A DNA stretch of 64,000 nt, from the NCBI GenBank assembly GCA_963669175.1, contig OY769902.1, forward strand, positions 3,040,001 through 3,104,000. The letters are read 5' to 3'. This document shows positions 49,487-58,884 of the stretch, piece after piece. Position 1 is the stretch's first letter. Every line of letters starts with the position of its first letter. This DNA is from a bacterium. Lineage in GTDB: Bacteria; Electryoneota; Electryoneia; Electryoneales; Electryoneaceae. The notes below the pieces were generated by a model, which saw only the letters and a program-made list of their open reading frames with translations, made no database searches and was not told the origin of the DNA. Made by a program: the position numbers and the translations under genes.

Positions 49487-50899
49487 ATGGCGTTGGAAAA
49501 GCACGTTTTCAAGGGATTGGACATACCGGGTAACACCGACCTCAAGGTGTACGAGGCCAACGGTGGTTACGAGGTCTGGAAACGAATCCTGAAAGATAAG
49601 ATCACACCGGAAGAAGTTATCCAGATCGTAAAGGATAGCGGGCTGCGCGGCCGTGGCGGCGCGGGCTTTCCGACTGGTTTGAAATGGAGTTTCGTGCCCA
49701 AGGATTCACCCAAGCCGAAATACCTGCTGTGCAACTGCGACGAATCTGAACCGGGAACCTTCAAAGACCGTGAGATCATTGAGAAGTCGCCGCACCAGTT
49801 GATCGAAGGTATGCTGATCGCGTCCTATGCATTCGGCTCACAGAACTCCTGGGTGTATTTCCGTGGTGAGTTTGTAAAGGGATACCGTACTGTCGAGGCA
49901 GCGCTTGCGCAGGCACGTGAAGCCGGCTATATCGGCGAGAATATCCTTGGCAGCGGTTGGAATCACCAGATGTATACGCATCGCGGAGCTGGCGCGTACA
50001 TCTGCGGTGAAGAAACAGCGTTGATCGATTCGATGGAAGGCAAGCGTGGCGAGCCTCGTCTGAAACCACCGTTCCCGGCGGTTGAGGGATTCTATCGCAG
50101 CCCGACCATTGTTAATAACGTAGAAACACTGACAGCCGTACCGAAGATCATGGAAAACGGCGCAGAATGGTACCGTCAGTGGGGTACTGAGCGCAGCCCG
50201 GGCACCAAGCTTTGGAGCTGCTGCGGTCATATCACCAATCCGGGTGTGTATGAAGTCCCGCTCGGCTACCCGATGAAGAAGTTCTTTGAAGAAGAGCTTG
50301 GCGGCTGTTGGAAGGGCCACCAGTTGAAGTGCGTTATCCCGGGCGGCAGCTCGGTTCCGGCCATGTTACCCGATGAATTCTTCGCTTGTAACATGGACTA
50401 TGAAAGCATCGCGCAGCATGGATCGATGCTCGGTTCCGGCGGCATGATCGTAATGGATGAGAAGACCTGCCTGGTGGAAGTGGCTGAAGTACTGGCGCAG
50501 TTCTATCATCATGAAAGTTGCGGACAGTGTACTCCATGCCGTGAAGGCACCGGCTGGGTTCACCGGATTATCCGTGACATCGAACGCGGAACACCGCAGC
50601 ATAACGTAAAAGAAACCCTGCTGCTGGTCTTCGACGAGATCTTCGGCAACACGATCTGCCCGTTGGGCGACTCGATTGTTATGCCGATCAAGAGCCTCAT
50701 GGAGAAATTCCCGGAAGAATTCGATTATTACATCCGTGAAGGCAAATCGATGATCACCGGCAAGGCCAAGCGCGCCCATGAAGTTAAAGAGCCGCGTCCG
50801 CATAACTGGCGCCGTGGGAAGCCGTTCAACTATCCCACAGCGGAAGACTATGTGACCGACTTCAAGGGACAGGTTGTTCACGACACCAATCCTAAGTAA
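49487..50899 (+). CDS. nuoF: NADH-quinone oxidoreductase subunit F
   Basis: GRGGAGF, DESEPGT, YICGEET, ESCGQCTPCREG. Confidence 0.96.
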   Translation: MALEKHVFKGLDIPGNTDLKVYEANGGYEVWKRILKDKITPEEVIQIVKDSGLRGRGGAGFPTGLKWSFVPKDSPKPKYLLCNCDESEPGTFKDREIIEKSPHQLIEGMLIASYAFGSQNSWVYFRGEFVKGYRTVEAALAQAREAGYIGENILGSGWNHQMYTHRGAGAYICGEETALIDSMEGKRGEPRLKPPFPAVEGFYRSPTIVNNVETLTAVPKIMENGAEWYRQWGTERSPGTKLWSCCGHITNPGVYEVPLGYPMKKFFEEELGGCWKGHQLKCVIPGGSSVPAMLPDEFFACNMDYESIAQHGSMLGSGGMIVMDEKTCLVEVAEVLAQFYHHESCGQCTPCREGTGWVHRIIRDIERGTPQHNVKETLLLVFDEIFGNTICPLGDSIVMPIKSLMEKFPEEFDYYIREGKSMITGKAKRAHEVKEPRPHNWRRGKPFNYPTAEDYVTDFKGQVVHDTNPK

Positions 50900-50998
50900 T
50901 TAGGAATTAGGAATTGATGGTGAATTAAGAATTGAAAATTAAGAATTAAGAATTAAGAATTAAGAATTAAGAATTAAGAATTAAGAATTAAGAATTAG
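50897..50998 (+). repeat. Heptamer tandem array (GAATTAA), about 14 units
   Basis: 7 perfect units at 50943-50991 plus degenerate units starting at the nuoF stop. Confidence 0.95.
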
Positions 50999-51020
50999 CA
51001 ATCGACACTGAGTTTCAGTT

Positions 51021-51061
51021 GTGTCAGGTCTTGGCGTGCGAAGCGCGGTGTGACCTGACAC
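51021..51061. repeat. GTCAGGTC-type REP hairpin
   Basis: GTGTCAGGTCTTG...GTGTGACCTGACAC. Confidence 0.7.
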
Positions 51062-51144
51062 GTGAGGCAGCGCGACAAGAACAGTAATCCGGGGTAATCC
51101 CGGGGACAGATAGCAACACATCGGTAGGCAAACGGAGTGTTCCG

Positions 51145-52098
51145 ATGCCAGAAGTAACGATAGACGGCAAGAAGGTAGAGGTTCCGAACGGGACGACGAT
51201 CCTGTGGGCGGCGCGTAAGGCCGGAGTAGAGATTCCGACTTACTGTTACTACCCCTGGTTCCCACCGTCGGGCAACTGCCGCATTTGCCTTGTTGAATGC
51301 TGGGGCCCGCGTGGTGGCGAATTGGTGCCTTTCCCCAAGCTTCAGATTGCTTGCCAGACGCCCGTATCGGACGGCATGGTGGTTGAAACGAACAACGAGC
51401 GTGTGTTCAAAGCACGGCGCGGAGTCATGGAATTCCTGCTGCTGCATCACCCGCTGGATTGTCCGATTTGTGACCAGGCCGGAGAGTGCGACCTGCAGGA
51501 CTATGGCTACAAATATGGCCATCCGGTTGGGCATAACCGGCATGAACGGCGCACTTTCAAGAAATCCGACTATGGTGACAAGGTTTCCCGGGAAATGAAT
51601 CGTTGTATTCATTGCCGCCGGTGCATTCGGCTGAGTGAGGGGTACCTGGGGGTGAGCCATATTGGTGCACTCCATCGTGGAGATCACTGCGAGATCGGTT
51701 CCTGGGTGGAAGGTCCGCTGGAGAGCGAATGGGCTGGTAACATCATCGATGTCTGCCCGGTAGGCTGCCTGACCGACAAGAAAATGCGCTTCAGTGTGCG
51801 TGCCTGGGATCTGGAACATGTCCCGGCGCATCGTAAAGACTGCAAGCATGGTTGCAAGGCGCTGTTGGGACTGTATCGTGGTAAGATTTACCGTGTCACG
51901 GCCCGCTTCGACGATCATCATGTCATGAAAAGCCTGATCTGCGACGAATGCCGTTTCGAGCATTACAATCTCGACGATTGGGTGATTGACGAAGATGATA
52001 TCCATACGCCACTTCCGGCCGATCAGAAGATCATGAAGGTCGAAATGGCGGAAAAGAAGCTCCAACAGGAGGCCGAAAAGGAGAACAAGGATGATTGA
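51145..52098 (+). CDS. nuoG: NADH-quinone oxidoreductase subunit G (short form)
   Basis: GNCRICLVE, HPLDCPICDQAGEC, RCIHCRRC; 317 aa. Confidence 0.9.
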   Translation: MPEVTIDGKKVEVPNGTTILWAARKAGVEIPTYCYYPWFPPSGNCRICLVECWGPRGGELVPFPKLQIACQTPVSDGMVVETNNERVFKARRGVMEFLLLHHPLDCPICDQAGECDLQDYGYKYGHPVGHNRHERRTFKKSDYGDKVSREMNRCIHCRRCIRLSEGYLGVSHIGALHRGDHCEIGSWVEGPLESEWAGNIIDVCPVGCLTDKKMRFSVRAWDLEHVPAHRKDCKHGCKALLGLYRGKIYRVTARFDDHHVMKSLICDECRFEHYNLDDWVIDEDDIHTPLPADQKIMKVEMAEKKLQQEAEKENKDD

Positions 52099-53161
52099 GT
52101 TCAATACTGAGCTGCTCCTGTTCGTGCTGGAAAAATGCATCGTCGCCGGGTTCATCTTCGTGGTTGTGCTTGGTGTGGTGGCGTATGCAACCCTCGGTGA
52201 ACGCAAGATCGCGGGCTGGTTCCAGGATCGTCATGGACCGAACCGTGCGGGGCCCTGGGGACTGTTGCAGCCGATTGCTGACGGTATCAAGTTCTTCATG
52301 AAAGAAGACTTTATTCCGGATCATGCACATAAAACATTGTTCATCATAGCGCCGACTTTCACCTTTATGGGCGCCGGTTTCCTGATGGCAGTCATCCCGT
52401 TCGGCGACCGGATGATGATCTTCGGACGCGATGTGATGCTGCAGATCGCTGACATCCATATCGGTATCCTGTACATTCTCGCTATCAGTGGCATGAGCGT
52501 GTACGGTCTTACCATCGGTGGCTGGGCGTCGAACAACAAATATTCTCTTATGGGTGGCGTTCGTGCCATCAGCCAGGTGATTTCCTATGAAATCCCGGTT
52601 GGTCTGGCATTGATCGCGCTTCTGATGGACCAGGGAACAACGTCCCTGCGTGAGATGGTGTTGAACCAGGGCGGTGGCATCTGGCACTGGAATGTGTTCA
52701 GTCAACCGTTGGGCTTCATCATTTTCTACGTGGCGTCGTTTGCTGAAGCGGGACGTATTCCGTTCGACCTGCCGGAAGCTGAAAACGAGCTGGTTGGCGG
52801 GTATCACACAGAATACTCGTCCATGAAATTCGGTCTTTTCCAGTTCGGTGAATATACCCATATGACCTTGGCCAGCGGCATTATCGCCACCCTGTATTTC
52901 GGCGGCTGGCAGATCCCGTTTGTCACGCCTCCGGCGGACCCGGGCATCATCTGGGGCCTCCTGACCTTTGCCGTATTCTGGATTAAAGCCTGTTTCTTCA
53001 TCTTTGTTTTCATGTGGGTACGCTGGACTATCCCGCGCTTCCGATATGATCAACTGATGCGGGTAGGGTGGAAGTCCTTGATTCCTTTTGGTATCCTGAA
53101 CATCGTCCTTACAGCTGTCCTGTTGCTCGTCGCGCAGCACCTCGGCTGGGCTGGGCAGTAA
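52091..53161 (+). CDS. nuoH: NADH-quinone oxidoreductase subunit H
   Basis: ERK..Q.R.GPN, QPIADGIK, PFDLPEAE.ELV.G, PRFRYDQLM. Confidence 0.96.
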   Translation: MIEFNTELLLFVLEKCIVAGFIFVVVLGVVAYATLGERKIAGWFQDRHGPNRAGPWGLLQPIADGIKFFMKEDFIPDHAHKTLFIIAPTFTFMGAGFLMAVIPFGDRMMIFGRDVMLQIADIHIGILYILAISGMSVYGLTIGGWASNNKYSLMGGVRAISQVISYEIPVGLALIALLMDQGTTSLREMVLNQGGGIWHWNVFSQPLGFIIFYVASFAEAGRIPFDLPEAENELVGGYHTEYSSMKFGLFQFGEYTHMTLASGIIATLYFGGWQIPFVTPPADPGIIWGLLTFAVFWIKACFFIFVFMWVRWTIPRFRYDQLMRVGWKSLIPFGILNIVLTAVLLLVAQHLGWAGQ

Positions 53162-53163
53162 GT

Positions 53164-53644
53164 CTCACAGGATATTAGGATAAAAGGATATCAAGGATGA
53201 AAAACTAATGGAAAAGAAAAGCTTTGTTAATGAAGAACTGACAAAGAAAATTATTGGTATATGTTATAAAGTACAAAATGAGCTTGGTGCAGGATTTTTG
53301 GAAAGTGTGTACCATAATGCTCTTCTAATAGCTTTGCGAGATGAAGGTTTTTCAGTTGAAAGTGAAAAACGATTAAAAGTGCATTTTCATGGTAAAGAAG
53401 TAGGAACGTTTTTCGCTGATATTGTTGTTGAAGGGAAAGTTTTAATTGAGTTGAAAGCAGTTGAAGAATTGAAAAGTGATCATAAAGCCCAAGTAGTTAA
53501 CTATCTGAAAGCGTCATCAATAGAAACAGGTTTACTTGTTAATTTTGGAAAGCAGAGAGTTCAGATTAGCAGGTTGTATAAACCAGAAAAGCAAAGTAGT
53601 TAAGTTTTTATCCTTAACATCTTTGTATCCTAATATCCTGTGAG
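53164..53644 (+). mobile_element. Putative GxxExxY nuclease element with inverted AGGAT-repeat arms
   Basis: Arms 53164-53206 and 53603-53644 (outer 19 bp perfectly inverted) enclose one AT-rich ORF between nuoH and nuoI. Confidence 0.65.
53208..53603 (+). CDS. GxxExxY protein (PD-(D/E)XK nuclease superfamily)
   Basis: GFLESVY, ADIVVEGKVLIELK, QVVNYLK, GLLVNFG. Confidence 0.93.
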   Translation: MEKKSFVNEELTKKIIGICYKVQNELGAGFLESVYHNALLIALRDEGFSVESEKRLKVHFHGKEVGTFFADIVVEGKVLIELKAVEELKSDHKAQVVNYLKASSIETGLLVNFGKQRVQISRLYKPEKQSS

Positions 53645-53696
53645 TCCCGTTGCATCCTGTTGATAGATGAGGATGTGGTTAGAGGAGGAAAGAGTA

Positions 53697-54224
53697 GTGC
53701 AGGACAACACACAAGATCGTTACCGCAAATACGACTTGACGCTGATGGAGAAGCTGTACATCCCGGCGATCATGAAGGGTATGGGTGTCACACTTTCCCA
53801 CTTCTTCAAGTGCGGATTCGGATTCGGTCCGGGCACAGTCACCGTACAGTACCCGGAACAGAAGCTTCCAATCAGCCATCGTTGGCGTGGACGTCATACC
53901 CTGAAGCGTGACGAGTTCGGCCGTGAACGCTGCGTTGGCTGCCAGATGTGTGAGCTGGCCTGCCCTGCGGACGCCATTACGATCCAGGCGGGCGAGGTTC
54001 CCCCGGAACGGCGGCATCTGCACCCGACGGAACGTTATGCGATTACCTACGAGATCGACATGCTGCGCTGCATTTACTGCGGCGACTGTGAAGAAGCCTG
54101 CCCGGAAGCGGCCATCTTCATGACTCCGTTCTACGAATTTGTAGCGGACAGCAGGGATAAACTGATCTATACCAAGGAAATGCTGACCGAGAAAGAAGGC
54201 GGTCCGATTTTCTACAAAGACTGA
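53697..54224 (+). CDS. nuoI: NADH-quinone oxidoreductase subunit I
   Basis: QYPE, CVGCQMCELACP, CIYCGDCEEACP; GTG start after GAGGAGG. Confidence 0.95.
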   Translation: MQDNTQDRYRKYDLTLMEKLYIPAIMKGMGVTLSHFFKCGFGFGPGTVTVQYPEQKLPISHRWRGRHTLKRDEFGRERCVGCQMCELACPADAITIQAGEVPPERRHLHPTERYAITYEIDMLRCIYCGDCEEACPEAAIFMTPFYEFVADSRDKLIYTKEMLTEKEGGPIFYKD

Positions 54225-54233
54225 TTGATTGCT

Positions 54234-54361
54234 TAACAGGATGCAAGGATAAAAGGATATAAAAGATAAGAATAATTCGTTGCTATTATAAAAGTTAGCA
54301 TGTTTTTACGGAAAAGAAAGAGGTTTTATCCTTATCATCCTATCATCCTAATATCCTGTTA
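54234..54361. mobile_element. Gene-less AGGAT inverted-arm element
   Basis: Arms 54234-54270 and 54324-54361 with the same 8/8/9 spacing as the GxxExxY arms; short AT-rich core. Confidence 0.65.
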
Positions 54362-54406
54362 GAAAACTTGTTGTTGAAACGAAAAACCACATACGTGGGA
54401 TCTGCG

Positions 54407-54916
54407 ATGCAAGGTTTGATGTTCATGGGTACAGCCGGGATTGCGGTGTTCAGTGCGATCATGATGATCACACGGAAGAACCCGATCGCGAGCATCATGT
54501 ACCTCTTGCTGACCTTTTTCTGTTTCGCGTCGATTTATGTGATTCTCGGCGCCCAGTTCCTTGCTGCGGTCCAGCTAATCGTTTACGGCGGAGCGATTTT
54601 GATTCTGTTCCTGTTCGTAGTGATGTTGCTGAACCTTCGCGAAGGGGAAATGGAAGAAAAGCCAGCCCCGGTATGGAAGACGCTCGGTTTTGTATTGGGT
54701 GTCGGCATGATGCTGGTCGCGTTGTCTTACATCGTACGCACACCCGAAACCGTGGCGCATGTGGAAGCCTCACGTGAGCTGTTCGCGATGGGACGGGTAG
54801 ACTTCATCGGCAAGGCGCTGTTTACCGAGTTCGTGTTCCCGTTTGAAGTCGCGGGCGTATTGTTGCTGGCAGCGGTGGTTGGTGCGGTTGCACTGGCGAA
54901 AAAGAACAGGGCATGA
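54407..54916 (+). CDS. nuoJ: NADH-quinone oxidoreductase subunit J
   Basis: [24 protein letters not shown]. Confidence 0.94.
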   Translation: MQGLMFMGTAGIAVFSAIMMITRKNPIASIMYLLLTFFCFASIYVILGAQFLAAVQLIVYGGAILILFLFVVMLLNLREGEMEEKPAPVWKTLGFVLGVGMMLVALSYIVRTPETVAHVEASRELFAMGRVDFIGKALFTEFVFPFEVAGVLLLAAVVGAVALAKKNRA

Positions 54917-55224
54917 TCATGGAAATCACGTTGAACCATTACCTGTTGCTGGCTGGTGTCATCTTTTTCATCGGTGTGATGGGAGTGCTGACCCGCCGCA
55001 ACGTGCTGATCATCCTGATGTCAACGGAGCTGATGCTGAATTCGGCCAACATCGCCCTGGTGGCGTTCAGTCATTACCTGCATCACATACAGGGAATGAT
55101 GTTCGTGCTGTTCACCATGACGGTTGCTGCGGCTGAAGTCGGTGTTGGACTGGCGATTGTCATCACACTGTTCCGGAACAAGCGGACAGTGGATGTCAGC
55201 AATTTCAACATTTTGAAGTGGTAA
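54913..55224 (+). CDS. nuoK: NADH-quinone oxidoreductase subunit K
   Basis: [16 protein letters not shown]. Confidence 0.95.
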   Translation: MIMEITLNHYLLLAGVIFFIGVMGVLTRRNVLIILMSTELMLNSANIALVAFSHYLHHIQGMMFVLFTMTVAAAEVGVGLAIVITLFRNKRTVDVSNFNILKW

Positions 55225-55335
55225 ATACCGGTACGAAGTCAGTACCGATGTAGGGATAAAGCAGTATTGCCCGTAAAGCAGTGTCGCGGGCGCCCTGATT
55301 AGGAACATTCAACCTGGTTGTCAGGGAGGAGCACC

Positions 55336-57357
55336 GTGGAGCACACGGTATCGATGTCTTACGCAGTATGGATCGTCCTGTTTCCCCTGATCGGAGTCCT
55401 GTTGTGGGGGCTGGTCCTTCGGAAGATGCCTGAGAAGGTCGTCGGATTCGGCGCGAGCCTGATGATTCTTCTGTCTTTCGGAGTCGCTGTTGCCCTCACC
55501 ATGAAGCTGGCAAGCCTTGATCCGCACCATCGTGTGGTGGAAGTGGAAATCTTCCGTTGGATCACGGCAGGCGGCCTCAATCTCGACTTCGCATTTTTAA
55601 TCGATCCGCTGAGTTGTGTGATGATGTTAGTCGTCACCGGGATCAGTTTCCTGATCCACGTCTACTCGATCGGTTATATGCATGGGGACAGCCGATTCTC
55701 TCTGTTCTTCACCTACCTGAACCTGTTCGTCTTTTTCATGCTGATCCTGGTTCTGGGGAACAACATGCCGATCCTGTTCATTGGATGGGAGGGTGTGGGG
55801 CTCTGCAGCTATCTGTTGATCGGTTTCTGGTGGGAAGACCAGAATAAGGCGGAAGCAGGGATGAAGGCGTTCGTGGTGAACCGTATTGGCGACTTCGGCA
55901 TGTTGATCGCCATGTTCATGCTGTTCCATTATCTTGGAACGCTTCAGTTCACCGAAATGCATCCGGCGGCGGCGAAGCTGTGGGGACACAATATTGGCGC
56001 GTTGTCCATCACGGTTATCACGTTGTCCCTGTTGCTCGGCGCCACAGGTAAGTCAGCACAGATTCCACTGTTCGTCTGGTTGCCGGACGCCATGGCAGGC
56101 CCGACCCCGGTCAGCGCCCTGATCCATGCCGCGACCATGGTGACGGCGGGTGTTTACATGATTGCCCGCAACGCCACCCTGTTCGCCTTGTCGCCTGTCG
56201 GCATGAGCGCAGTTGCCCTGATTGGTGCAACGACCGCCATCTTCGCGGCGACGATCGGCCTGAAGCAGATGGATATCAAGAAAGTGCTGGCATATTCGAC
56301 GGTCAGTCAGCTTGGGTACATGGTGATGGCGTGTGGTGTCGGCGCGTTTACCGCCGGCGTCTTCCATCTGATGACTCACGCGTTCTTCAAGGCGCTGTTA
56401 TTCCTTGCTTCGGGCGCAGTGATTCACACCATGCACGGTGCATTGCATCATGTCCATGACCACCACACGGACCCGCAGGACATGCGGAACATGGGGGGGC
56501 TGGGCAAGCATATCAAGCTGACTTATGCCGTGTTCCTGGTGGCGACGCTGGCAATTGCCGGTATCCCGGGCCTGTCCGGTTTCTTCTCCAAGGATGAGAT
56601 CCTGGCTCATGCTTACCTGTCTGCCGTCCATGAGCACAACCCGGTTGGCCTGATCGCCTGGGCGCTTGGCCTGATGGCGGCGGGTATTACGGCTTTCTAC
56701 ATGTTCCGTCTTGTATTCCTGACATTCCATGGCCGTTACAAAGGCCCGGAAGGTTCGGAGAAGGCGCTTCATGAGAGCCCGGCCGTAATGATGATCCCGC
56801 TGGTCGTGCTGGCGTTCCTGTCGCTCGTTGGTGGTTATGTCGGCGTTCCGCATCTGCCGCCGTTACCGCATATCCCGCATTACCTGGGTGACTGGCTTGC
56901 CCCGGTATTCCACCATGCGCATGAAATCCTCAATGAGGTTCATGGGCTGCATCATACTCCTCACTTGAGTACGGTTGAGGAATGGGTGCTGGTGTGCGCG
57001 AGCGTAGTGGTGGCGTTGCTGGGTATCTTCGGCGCGTATGTGGTCTACATGGTCATGCGTGCGGAAGCGAAGCCGAACGAGTCGCAGGAAGGTTTCGGCA
57101 AGACCCTGTTCAACAAGTACTACGTTGACGAAATATACCATGCGGTCGTTATTCGTCCGTTGATTGGCTTATGCCGGCTGGCGTGGAAATACTTCGACGC
57201 CGGATTCATTGACGGCGGCCTGGTCCTGGGAACTGCAAAAACGGTACGGTGGTTCGGCGCTCCGTTGCGTCGTCTGCAAACCGGCATCGTGGCCAATTAT
57301 GCCTTCTGGCTGGCCGCCGGTGTTTTCGCCGTACTGATTGTGTTCCTGATCCATTAA
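55336..57357 (+). CDS. nuoL: NADH-quinone oxidoreductase subunit L
   Basis: WEGVG, GKSAQ, WLPDAMAGPTPVSALIHAATMV, THAFFKA. Confidence 0.96.
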   Translation: MEHTVSMSYAVWIVLFPLIGVLLWGLVLRKMPEKVVGFGASLMILLSFGVAVALTMKLASLDPHHRVVEVEIFRWITAGGLNLDFAFLIDPLSCVMMLVVTGISFLIHVYSIGYMHGDSRFSLFFTYLNLFVFFMLILVLGNNMPILFIGWEGVGLCSYLLIGFWWEDQNKAEAGMKAFVVNRIGDFGMLIAMFMLFHYLGTLQFTEMHPAAAKLWGHNIGALSITVITLSLLLGATGKSAQIPLFVWLPDAMAGPTPVSALIHAATMVTAGVYMIARNATLFALSPVGMSAVALIGATTAIFAATIGLKQMDIKKVLAYSTVSQLGYMVMACGVGAFTAGVFHLMTHAFFKALLFLASGAVIHTMHGALHHVHDHHTDPQDMRNMGGLGKHIKLTYAVFLVATLAIAGIPGLSGFFSKDEILAHAYLSAVHEHNPVGLIAWALGLMAAGITAFYMFRLVFLTFHGRYKGPEGSEKALHESPAVMMIPLVVLAFLSLVGGYVGVPHLPPLPHIPHYLGDWLAPVFHHAHEILNEVHGLHHTPHLSTVEEWVLVCASVVVALLGIFGAYVVYMVMRAEAKPNESQEGFGKTLFNKYYVDEIYHAVVIRPLIGLCRLAWKYFDAGFIDGGLVLGTAKTVRWFGAPLRRLQTGIVANYAFWLAAGVFAVLIVFLIH

Positions 57358-57384
57358 TCGCTAAGAAGGGGTAGGGAGAACGCA

Positions 57385-58860
57385 ATGTCTCTCTGGTTGA
57401 CCGCCATAGTTTTTATACCCACACTGGGTGCGTTGCTGCTGCTGGTTTTCCCGGAAACGCAGGGCAAGCTGATCCGTACAGTCACGTTCATCGTGATGGC
57501 GCTGGATTTTGCGATCAGTCTGCCGCTGTTTTTCCTGTTTGACGCTTCCAGTCCCAACTTCCAGTTCATGGAAGTCTACGAGTGGGTACCTTCGCTGGGG
57601 ATCAAGTACATCCTTGGTGTGGATGGAATCAGCCTGTTGCTGGTTTTGCTGACGACTTTCCTTGGGCCGATTGTGGTCCTGGGCAGCACCAGCATCAAGA
57701 AGTCGCTGAGGGGGTACTTCGGCGCCATGCTGATTCTGCAAACGGGCATGTTGGGAACGTTCCTTTCACTGGACCTGTTCCTGTTCTACATCTTCTGGGA
57801 AGTCATGTTGATTCCGATGTATTTCCTCATCGGTGTATGGGGTGGTGTGGAACGTATCTATGCCGCGGTGAAGTTTTTCATTTATACCATGGTCGGCAGT
57901 CTGTTGATGCTGGTCGGTATTATCTGGATTTACTTCAACATCACCATTCCGGATGTAGGCCATACATTTGATTACCTGGCCCTGATGGAGCATACCAGGA
58001 ACATGCCGTTACCGGTAACGGCGCAGCTTTGGCTGTTTGCCGCGTTTGCGCTGGCATTCGCCATCAAAGTGCCGATGTTCCCGTTCCATACATGGTTGCC
58101 TGACGCACACGTACAGGCGCCAACCGCAGGTTCTGTCATCCTGGCCGGTGTGTTGCTGAAGATGGGAACCTACGGCTACGTCCGCTTTGCCATGCCGATG
58201 TTCCCGGAAGGTGTTGACTACTTCCGTCCGCTGATGCTGACCCTGGCTGTCATCGGCATCATCTACGGCGCGATGGTCAGCATTGTCCAGGTGGACATGA
58301 AGAAGCTGGTCGCGTACAGTTCCGTGAGTCACCTTGGTTTCGTGATGCTGGGCCTGTTCGCGCTGACCCCGGAAGGGGTGACCGGCGCGATGATCCAGAT
58401 GATCAACCACGGTCTTTCCACTGGCGCGTTGTTCCTCCTGGTAGGCGTGGTGTACGACCGCAGGCATACACGTATGATCGCCGAGTACGGCGGTATTGCG
58501 AAGATCATGCCCTGGTATGCGGCTGTGTTCATGCTGGTGATGTTGTCTTCGGTTGGTGTGCCGGGATTGAATGGGTTCGTGGGCGAATTCATGATCCTGA
58601 TCGGCACCTACGAGACAGCGCCATTGGCCGCGGTTTTGGGCGCATCCGGTGTCATCCTTGCGGCGGTTTACCTGCTGTGGATGTACCGTCGGGTCTTCTT
58701 TGGTGAAATCACCAATCCGGCGAATAAGTCCATGCCGGATCTGAAAATTGCGGAGTGGGCCAGCCTGCTGCCGCTGATCGTGTTCATCATCTGGATCGGC
58801 GTATATCCGAATACGTTCCTGTCCAAGATGACTGTGGCGATTGAACATTTCCTGAAATAG
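57385..58860 (+). CDS. nuoM: NADH-quinone oxidoreductase subunit M
   Basis: FWE, HTWLPDAH, LLKMG, YSSVSH. Confidence 0.96.
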   Translation: MSLWLTAIVFIPTLGALLLLVFPETQGKLIRTVTFIVMALDFAISLPLFFLFDASSPNFQFMEVYEWVPSLGIKYILGVDGISLLLVLLTTFLGPIVVLGSTSIKKSLRGYFGAMLILQTGMLGTFLSLDLFLFYIFWEVMLIPMYFLIGVWGGVERIYAAVKFFIYTMVGSLLMLVGIIWIYFNITIPDVGHTFDYLALMEHTRNMPLPVTAQLWLFAAFALAFAIKVPMFPFHTWLPDAHVQAPTAGSVILAGVLLKMGTYGYVRFAMPMFPEGVDYFRPLMLTLAVIGIIYGAMVSIVQVDMKKLVAYSSVSHLGFVMLGLFALTPEGVTGAMIQMINHGLSTGALFLLVGVVYDRRHTRMIAEYGGIAKIMPWYAAVFMLVMLSSVGVPGLNGFVGEFMILIGTYETAPLAAVLGASGVILAAVYLLWMYRRVFFGEITNPANKSMPDLKIAEWASLLPLIVFIIWIGVYPNTFLSKMTVAIEHFLK

Positions 58861-58884
58861 CCCTCGAGGCGGGGGAGAAGGTTC

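Noticed and set aside
50897-50998. CRISPR array
   Set aside because: 7-bp tandem units with no spacers; no cas genes in the window.
56445-56965. His-rich segments in NuoL as a novel metal site
   Set aside because: His-rich loops are frequent in NuoL homologues.
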